Part shown: positions 1 to 7,502 of the stretch, in pieces
Numbering within the stretch: position 1 is the first letter of the stretch
How the letters are laid out: each line of letters starts with the position of its first letter
NCBI GenBank assembly: GCA_051294375.1
Contig: JBJCIZ010000801.1
Location: 1 to 9,215, forward strand
DNA: 9,215 nt
Origin: Paraspadella gotoi
Lineage: Eukaryota > Animalia > Chaetognatha
Direction of reading: 5' to 3'
Translations under genes and position numbers: made by a program
The notes under the pieces: generated by a model
What the model was told of the DNA's origin: nothing
What the model saw: the letters and a program-made list of their open reading frames with translations, nothing else
The model's database searches: none

Positions 1-610
1 GTCATTTTCTGGAAATTAAGGACATTTATTATCGGAAAGTGAAAAGCAGTTCATAATAACGCACCAAGCGAAAATCAATTAATGATTAAACAAATTAAAC
101 TATCTATCTCCAAAATAAACTAAAAATCCAGACTTTTATACCGCGTATCGGCACTATAATGAGTGCTTCAAAACCCTTCGGAGCCGATTTAAAATTACTA
201 AGAATAAACTTTCTTTTTTTTAGGTCAATTACTCAAACATTCATCAATTTCTGAACGAAAATTACCAAATTGCAAAGTTGGCTTGTAGTTTTATAAGTAA
301 TTAATTTTAAATTTGAATGTTATGTTCTACTCCGATTAAATGTGGTTTGAAAATTTAACTTCCCGAAAATCGTCGAGAGGAAGAAGAAAAATAAGAGAGA
401 AAAGCTGTGAGAATTTATGAAAGCACGCCGAGCCAACATGTAAACAATGGGTGAAAGGAGAAATTTACAATGATCAGATTAAGTGGAATGTTATTAAATT
501 TTTGAAATTGATTATTTGACGTCGTTTAACTTTTTAAAAAGCATCAAGTGAGATATAAACGGAGAGAAAACGTAACTTAAGTTAGTTACCGTAAAGACAA
601 AAATTTTTAT

Positions 611-964
611 TTTTGATAAAAAGAAGTGTTGAAAAGAAAGGAAAGAAAGAAAAAAAAAATATTAGGCACAGAACAAGAAGAAAGTAGAAACAAACAAGGA
701 AGAAAAAAGAATAAACGAAATTAGAAAAGAGAAAGAGAGAAAGAGAGAAAGAAAGAAAAAGAAAAGAAAGAAAGATAAGAAAGAAAAGAAAGAAGAAAGA
801 AAGAAAAGAAAGAAAGAAAGAAAGAAAGATAAGAAGAGAAAAGAAAGAAAGAAAGGAAAAGGAAAGAACAGCAAGCAAGCAAGAAGCAGAGCATGAGAGG
901 CGACGGAGAGAGAGAGAGAGACAGAGAGAAGAGAGCCGAGAGAGACGAGAACGAGCGGGGGGGG
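611..964 (+). repeat. Compound purine-rich microsatellite / low-complexity tract: (AAAG)n grading into (AAGC)n, (GA)n and G8
   Basis: 723-868 is all A/G except T at 776 and 830. It is followed by GCAAGCAAGCAAG (~871-883), GA runs (~906-945) and G8 (957-964). This explains the F/L/S-rich ORFs 582..878 and 662..985. Confidence 0.95.
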
Positions 965-2310
965 ACGCCGTTTGAAGGGAAACAAATGAGAGGGCCTACT
1001 CTGCCGCTTCGTGGTTGCGTGGTCCCGTTTATGACGGGAATAAATTTGTCGGGGAAAAAAAGAACAAGGATTCTTTTCTTTTATTCACCTTCACGTGGAG
1101 CGATAAAGCGCGGCCGTTGGAAAGCCCAGGCGAGATTACTCCATTGGTGTGTTTCGATGATTAAAGCGTTTTTGGTGGGGAAAAAGTTGTTTTCGCTACT
1201 TTACGTAATCGGCGAATGGTGAGGATAAAAAATTGTAGTATCATCCTTGCGTTGTTATTACACTCGGATCCAAGACGATAGACAATTATGTTAATTCAGC
1301 CGAAATAAGGAATGTGGAATGGTTTATGGGAGCGACCTCTCTCGAGTACCGCAAATAATAGGCGGCCTGTTGGAAAGAAAAAATAAACGCTTCACTGGGG
1401 CGAGAAAGCAAGAGCTAAGATCTGTTGGGATTCAATTATTAAGTGTATTGGACGCTCATTTTTATATTAATTTCTCCGCTTGGGAATATCAATCCACCTC
1501 TACAGCTCACCATACAGCTTCTTCGCTTATTGGGTTATCAAGCAGTAATGTGGAAAATCAAACATAAGAAATTGGGAGACGGAAGGGAACGGAAAAACTG
1601 CAGCTAATCTAACAAGATACTCAGTAGGATTAAGACCCCATGCTTTCCTTCAGGTTTAAGATGGCCAATTTTTAAACATTTTCCAAACAGTTTACTGTTT
1701 ACTAGGGTTCACCTTTTTTCAGCTACCTTCATGTCGATTTAAAAACAATGTATTTAGCAGTCAACATTCAAGAAATTATCTTTTTCCAATTCAGACTCGC
1801 TTCGAAATTAATTAATCTCTTTAACGGCATGCAAGTTCCCACCTGGCCACTTGAACCCGATAACTCACTTTTTTGACTCTCCGTTTCCCGTCCGATGTCC
1901 GAAAAAAAGACTCTCCATGAAAATGGCGGAAAATTTTTGCTCTGTTTTTCGCTGTTTTGTTATCGCGAGAAACGCCCTGACCATCGGGAAGTTGCTATTA
2001 TGTTAATTCCTGTTTTTCCGAAATGCTCTCTCTTATTACCAAGTCCAGACTCCAGAATTAATTCTCGTAATGTCGCCCGATGTTTATTTTTCGAGCGCTA
2101 ACGTGAAATTAGCCTTCAGAGTCAATATAGGATGGGCAACAATCGATCTCAGGGAAATTTGTTTTTGCCCCGTTAAAAATATTTCTCAGAGACTCAGCGT
2201 CAAGTTTGTTTGATTAACAGGGAAACTTACACCTCCGATTGGCGGAATCTTGGGCCACTAACCATGCGCTTTACACCACAGAAATGGCTTTTGGGATCGG
2301 TGAGAACGAT

Positions 2311-2312
2311 GA

Positions 2313-2387
<75 letters not shown>

Positions 2388-2416
2388 CGGAAGAGAGATG
2401 ATGAGAGAGAGAGAGA
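2311..2416 (+). repeat. (GA)n dinucleotide microsatellite, interrupted
   Basis: About 100 bp of GA repeats with a few interruptions (GAA, GGA, GACGGAA, GATGAT). It produces the poly-RE and poly-SL ORFs. Confidence 0.98.
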
Positions 2417-3180
2417 AACAAACACATACCCTATCTTGTAAGAACTGGTTCTATTTTATTTTTCTTCTTTTCTTTAAAACACAAAACAAATTAAAAAAAA
2501 TCGGGTAGGTCTCCGAGAATTGAAGACTTTTCAGAAGAAAAAGGCGTGATAAAAACAGAGTGATTGACTGCTTAACAAAGGAGTGGTCGAGAGAAGGTGA
2601 AGTGGACAAAAACTGAAGTGAGAGGGACGGACCAAGTTTCGAGCAAGGAGAAACATGTGAAGGCGAAAGCATTTACAACATTTATAATAGTCAAATGACG
2701 AAGCGCCGAGGGTCCGGAGGAGATTAAACGGACCAGTGACAGGAAGTTAAGATTTTTAAAGCGGATTAAAAGAAGTTTAAAGGTACTGGGTACGAAGTAG
2801 TAAGTCTAGAAGTACGAAAATGAGGTAAGCCAAATCGGTATACGAGATAAGGTTCGCGCGAAGACGAAGCAAAACGGGACGCCGCACCCTCCAATCACCT
2901 TCCGGTCAGCGAATCGCCTGCTCGGTAATAAAACAAAATTGGCGCCTTTTTGTGGGAGAAGAGTGGGCGCTGACTGGTCGAGTCTCTGAGAGAGGCTAGT
3001 CGCCGAACGTACGGCGCACGATACCAGCGCGAAGCGAGCGCGAAAAAGGAGCCGAGGTCTCGGGTCGCAGGTGGCGTTCCGAGTACGGACCGGAAAGGAA
3101 TAACGGCGTCGCGGAGAAAAAAATAACGCGCACCTGATCATTGGACGACAAAACTCGTTCGTGCGGTCGCTTCCAGAGGG

Positions 3181-3270
3181 TCTGTCTGTCTGTGGTCCGT
3201 CTCTCTCTCTTCTCTCTCTCTCATCTGCTCTTCTCTCTCTCTCTCTCTCGCTTCTCTCTCTCTCTGTCTC
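3181..3270 (+). repeat. (TCTG)3 followed by an interrupted (CT)n microsatellite
   Basis: TCTGTCTGTCTG at 3181-3192, then CT repeats at 3200-3270. Pyrimidine-rich sequence continues to ~3460. Confidence 0.95.
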
Positions 3271-3822
3271 GGCTGCAGTATTTTCGCGTTGCTTTCTTCA
3301 GCAATAGGCCCCGACTTAACTCCTCTCTCCTTCCATTTATATTATCTCCTCTTCCCATTTCCCTCCTCTTCTTCTACACCACCTCAACCCCACCCACTCG
3401 TTTAACGACATATACCTCACTCCCCCTACCTCTCCCCAGATTTTCGAGGGGTTTCTCCTCGTCGTCTGCGTGATGGCGCTGGACCGATCCAATCGATATG
3501 GGACCCCATAAAGGTAACGATATCCTTCTAAAAAACGTTCCTCGGACGCCGGCCTTAAAACGCTTTACCGTGCGGGCCCAACTAATACTGCTCTTTTTTT
3601 TTTTGACGATCGAATTGCGTTAACCTCTTATTTAAACGTCGGATCATTTTAAGCCGCTGGAGTTGTACAGGTTTTTAGACTAATTTTATACTCCATTATT
3701 CTCAATGATCGTCAAATGCCCAAATTAATTTCGCCAAATGTTTTTAGTATTCCGAATGAAACTCTATTAAGCTAAAGGCTTTTTTTCTAATCTGCTTTTT
3801 AAGGACTACCCCTACTATATAA

Positions 3823-4029
3823 TTAATATGAATTTGGTACAACCAATATAAAAATTATCCATTCATATCTTGCCCCTACTCTTGGGCAGGCTTTGTTGGT
3901 TAGCGCATCCATCACTCTATACAAGATATACATAGCAGGGTCCCTGCAGCTTTCAATCAAGACTCTCTCACAGTTCTCGTTTATTCGCCCCAGATACCTG
4001 GCTCTCCCTATGCAATGACGTGGAAAATA
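3823..4029 (-). pseudogene. Possible degenerate non-LTR retrotransposon (LINE) reverse-transcriptase fragment
   Basis: By hand translation this is a stop-free frame of 68 codons: YFPRHCIGRARYLGRINENCERVLIESCRDPAMYILYRVMDALTNKACPRVGARYEWIIFILVVPNSY*. The RYLG-x-INEN-C stretch loosely resembles the YLG motif at the C-terminal end of LINE RT domains. The resemblance is by eye only. Confidence 0.2.
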
Positions 4030-4272
4030 TTAATATGTATTCCAATGTTATATTGAAGACCACTCCCTTCAATCCCTTTTATTTTTCTCCAACACCCAAC
4101 TCCAATCAGGCTTGTTGATCCCCGCTCCTTGTCGGATCGCGGTCTTCGCGTGGGGCTCCTCGGACGAACGCGGGTAATTCGCCATCGAACCCGGTGCGGA
4201 GATTCGCGCCACGCCTCTCGAAGCCATTCGTTCTACGGAGGAGACTATTCTCCAAGTCAGTTTGAAGAGGAA

Positions 4273-4508
4273 GATCGAGCGACTATCGAGCGAGTCGAGG
4301 ATCGAGCGATCGCAGCGATTCGAGCGATCGAGCGATCGAAGCGATCGAGCGATCGAGGCGATCGACGATCGAGCCGATCGAGCGATCGAGGCTGATCGAG
4401 CGATCGAAGCGATCGAGCGATCGAGCGATCGACGATCGAGACGACGAGCGTCGAGCGATCGGAGCGAATCGACGATTCGAAGCGATCGAGCGATCGAGCG
4501 ACTCGAAC
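4273..4508 (+). repeat. Tandem 8-bp repeat array (GATCGAGC)n, ~28 units
   Basis: Parsed by hand into ~28 units. Many are exact GATCGAGC; variants include GATCGAAGC, GATTCGAGC, GATCGAGGC, GATCGAC and GATCGGAGC. Confidence 0.97.
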
Positions 4509-4680
4509 AAAAATCTGAAATCGTTATTTAACGATTGTTTCGAGGTTATTCCAAGGACGCTTACGCTCTCCGATAAATAATTTTTGTGGTTCATTCGCGC
4601 CTTTTTAAACCTACTTCAAATTGAACTTTTATTCGTCTTTTCCCCGATGTACTCCACCTTTTTTTCAGCGCGCTCGAATT

Positions 4681-4817
4681 TGAATTGATTGATTGAATGA
4701 TTGAATCCATTCATTCTTATTTTACTTCTTTCTTTCATTTCATTCTTCCGTTAATCGTCATTCATTTATTTATTCATAATTTATTCGTCATTTCGTTCAA
4801 GTCATTCATTTAATTCA
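4681..4817 (+). repeat. Degenerate (ATTG/AATG)n then (ATTC/TTTC/ATTT)n low-complexity repeat
   Basis: TGAATTGATTGATTGAATGATTGAAT is followed by CATTCATTC...TTCATTTCATTC...GTCATTCATTTATTTATTCAT...GTCATTCATTT. Confidence 0.75.
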
Positions 4818-5110
4818 CAACGTCCTCACCACCTGTTTGATTATTTTTAGCGGTGACTACTATTTCTGAGATTCCGCATCGCGGTCCGCCACATCCGGCG
4901 CCATCTTGGCGCCTGGTCTACATCTTCATGGTGGAAATGCATCATCCCATCGTCTCCAAGAGCCAATTCCATGACGGACATTCCTTGAACCAAAGATACT
5001 ATCTAATAGATCTAATATCACAGATAGCAAATATATTAGTGTTGAGTCGAACTTGGCTTGGACAAATAGGCTTCGCTTACAAGCTTAAGCAATTCTTTTT
5101 TTGGGATATT

Positions 5111-5136
5111 GAAATAAAGTCAATTTACTTTATTTC
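5111..5136. repeat. Perfect 10-bp inverted repeat containing AATAAA
   Basis: GAAATAAAGT (5111-5120), spacer CAATTT, ACTTTATTTC (5127-5136). AATAAA occurs on both strands. Confidence 0.8.
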
Positions 5137-5590
5137 CGTAAATTAAGCAACGTCGTTGAAAAGGCTTTTAACTCAGGAACCAGCATTATTATAAACTTAT
5201 ACATTTTAGTCTTTTCTTTTCTTTTCGACGCGTTATTGCCGTAAATGGTTTCATATTCATCATTTCTTTATCAAATATTTGTTCATCATGATTTATATTA
5301 CAATTGCAAACCTGTAAAAAATTATCTAAATATCCTTTTTTCTGAAAAATTTCCTATTTTTAAGTAATGAATAAATGAGCAGAAGTATTTCTTTTCGTTT
5401 TTGTATTTTGGTTATACACATTTACATTTTCTATTATTTCTATCTTACCCTCAGCAGATTCGAAAACGAAAGTTTTTCAGTATTTTTACAACGATTTTAT
5501 TACAGACTATTGACAGTTTCGACTCTTGTTTTTCGAGTACTTCCATCTTACCGTATGTAAGAGGAGGAAAACAGAAGTGAAAAACTGTGA

Positions 5591-5615
5591 ATATGATATG
5601 GTATGATATGACATG
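5591..5615 (+). repeat. (ATATG)5 degenerate pentanucleotide repeat
   Basis: ATATG ATATG GTATG ATATG ACATG. Confidence 0.85.
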
Positions 5616-6183
5616 AACCTAAGTGGTTTTTTCTCGGACATACGTAATCAATATGCTAATGCGAAATGCAAAAGATCGACGATCATGTATGGCAGATTGC
5701 AGGGAAAACGGAATCGAAGAAAGTTATGTAGGCAAATAAACTTGACTTTGTCTTTCCTGACGTATAGATTCGCTCCCACCAGAGCGCACTTTTAGAGAAA
5801 AATCTTTTCAGATAAAAGCCAGTTTATCTCTTATAATTATTAATAGTTTATTATTATTCCTTATATTATTGTCAATTAGTTATAATTATCTTCTTTAAAT
5901 TAATTTTTGGTTTATTAGAATACGCATATAACGTTTGTAGCTTGGATTCTAATCCTGTTCTCTGTTCTATGCTTTCATCTAGTTTTTAAATTTTAATTGA
6001 TTGGACCTTTTCCTGGTTACACGTTATCTGTTGTATTGTTCAAATTCGTAAGTCATTTTAATTAGTCTATTTAAGATTTTAAGAAGTAAATCGTAAAAGG
6101 CCAAGCAAGGGACATTAGGACAACACTTCCTCTTTGTGAGACCAAAATATGATTACAACTTTTTGAATCTTACATTTTCTTGG

Positions 6184-6500
6184 TCAAAATTAGAAAAAAA
6201 GTAATTAAAACTTATCGAGAGATGATGATTGATGATGTTATACGCGGATTTTCTTACTTTTTACCCACTTATGCATCAAAATATAAACAAAAATTTACTT
6301 TTGTGTCTTGACAATTTTGGCAGCTACTTGAATCTGTTCTGTACAAAATAAAAAATCTTAAAAAATTTAGTCCTTTCCTATCTATGAATAAATAATTTAA
6401 AAATATGAGAAGAAAAATTGTTTTTGTTTTAACAGCGATTTTTTTAAATATAAAACAGAATGTTTTGACTCTATTACTAGTCTTCAAAATTAGAAAAAAA
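6184..6500 (+). repeat. 17-bp exact direct repeat pair, 300 bp apart
   Basis: TCAAAATTAGAAAAAAA at 6184-6200 and 6484-6500. Confidence 0.8.
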
Positions 6501-6692
6501 ATCGATTGTTGAAACAAAAAACCAATTCTCTTTGCTAATATCAATAAACAACGGAATCGAGAAGTTGGATTATCGGCAAATAAAAATTAATACATGGGAG
6601 ATTTATAGCAGTAATTAATATTAAAAATTGCTTTGTCTATTGCAAATTTTTTAAAGTCTGAATTTATCTTAACCCACTTTACTGAGTTAGGA

Positions 6693-6723
6693 TACCCATA
6701 TTACCCCTTATTACCCCGTATTA
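6693..6723 (+). repeat. Short 10-bp-period tandem repeat (TTACCCCKTA)
   Basis: TACCCATA TTACCCCTTA TTACCCCGTA TTA. Confidence 0.75.
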
Positions 6724-7345
6724 GTAGCTTAGAAAAATACAAAATACAAACCGGTTCAAAATTGAATCGACCAAGTTATTAAATTTTAACTCGAAGGGAC
6801 GTCGGTAGCAAATCTTCTTTTCATAAAACTTCTGTCTTACAAAGGTATGATTGAACAAATAAGGCGGCCAAAATTTAACTTAAATTTATAATAGGGACGG
6901 TTTCCGCAATATATTTCTGATGGCCCATGATACAATCTTTCTCAGTCTGCCTAAAAAAAAAATTTAGAAATATTTTCAGTTATCACACACGAGCATTCTT
7001 TGTCCAAATAATGAAACTCTTCAAATCACAATTCTTCTCGCATTCTGACTTGACATGACAATTCTTTCTTTTTTCTGATCCAATACTCAGGTATAAGTTA
7101 AAGATTAATAATAAGGTAATTATGTGCAAAAGTGCTATTTCAAAATCTATTATTATTTTTTTACAGAAAAAATGCAAATAAGGGTAACAAGCAAAATCAT
7201 CTTAATATAACAATGTAAAATCACCAAAAATAATTAGCTTTTTACATTCGTCGACCGGATATTTTTTTTTTTGGACCTTCTTATTGAGCGAGTTATAGAA
7301 ATCAAAAAAGGATACTTGGTAGAGTAAATAACTTTATTTACAAAT

Positions 7346-7388
7346 CCTTAACTAACCCTTAACCACCTAATCCTAACCAACCTTAACC
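7346..7388 (-). repeat. Degenerate (CCTAA)n = (TTAGG)n telomere-like repeat
   Basis: CCTTAA CTAA CCCTTAA CCA CCTAA T CCTAA CCAA CCTTAA CC. TTAGG is the common arthropod telomere unit. Confidence 0.6.
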
Positions 7389-7502
7389 GAATTGCTAAAC
7401 TGTTTAAAAAAAATAACAAAATATTGTTTCCCTTTCCTTTCTTTTACTTTTGTTTACGTACGAGTTTTATTAAGAAACAAATTTCGGAATGTTTGCTTTC
7501 AG

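Noticed and set aside
582-1222. ORFs 582..878, 662..985 and 893..1222 as membrane or charged proteins
   Set aside because: The F/L/S-rich and R/E-rich translations result directly from AAAG/GA repeats that lack stop codons, and no domain is recognisable.
1836-1860. Minus-strand GGGTTCAAGT as a tRNA/SINE B-box; TTCCCAC as a Su(H) site
   Set aside because: The B-box lacks the following conserved C, with no A-box or cloverleaf. The Su(H) match lacks the flanking consensus base and is isolated.
2210-2508. Poly-RE / poly-SL ORFs
   Set aside because: They are translations of the (GA)n microsatellite in overlapping frames on both strands.
2940-2958. TGGCGCC as a tRNA-Lys primer-binding site (also at 4907)
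   Set aside because: Contiguous complementarity stops after 7 nt, and there is no paired LTR or gag/pol sequence downstream.
4273-4508. CRISPR array or cyanobacterial HIP1 (GCGATCGC) cluster
   Set aside because: There are no unique spacers, the unit is only 8 bp and no cas genes are present. HIP1 is dispersed rather than tandem, and the context is eukaryotic.
4129-4594. Three overlapping ORFs resembling SR-rich or repeat proteins
   Set aside because: They come from the stop-poor GATCGAGC array, are open on both strands, and the unit indels do not preserve frame.
4853-5146. 97-aa ORF after an acceptor-like TTTTTAG as a coding exon
   Set aside because: It has a GTG start, no recognisable domain, no supported partner exon and an AT-rich, non-coding-like 3' half. 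It cannot be excluded without RNA-seq.
6880-6965. Minus-strand poly-T-AG acceptor followed by a short exon-like stretch
   Set aside because: The frames close within ~25 codons, and there is no donor partner or homology evidence.
7019-7066. 18-bp imperfect direct repeat with 30-bp period (CTTCAAATCACAATTCTT / CTTGACATGACAATTCTT)
   Set aside because: Only two copies with three mismatches; likely a trivial old local duplication or chance.
6983-7177. IIIDFEIAL in the minus-strand ORF resembling the MULE transposase DFE motif
   Set aside because: The expected downstream CxFH motif is absent in frame, and the I/F/K-rich peptide is typical of translated AT-rich DNA.
4046-7212. TGTTATATT (4046) and AATATAACA (7204-7212) as inverted termini of a 3.2-kb element
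   Set aside because: The match is only 9 bp and AT-rich, with no TSD and no internal coding remnant.
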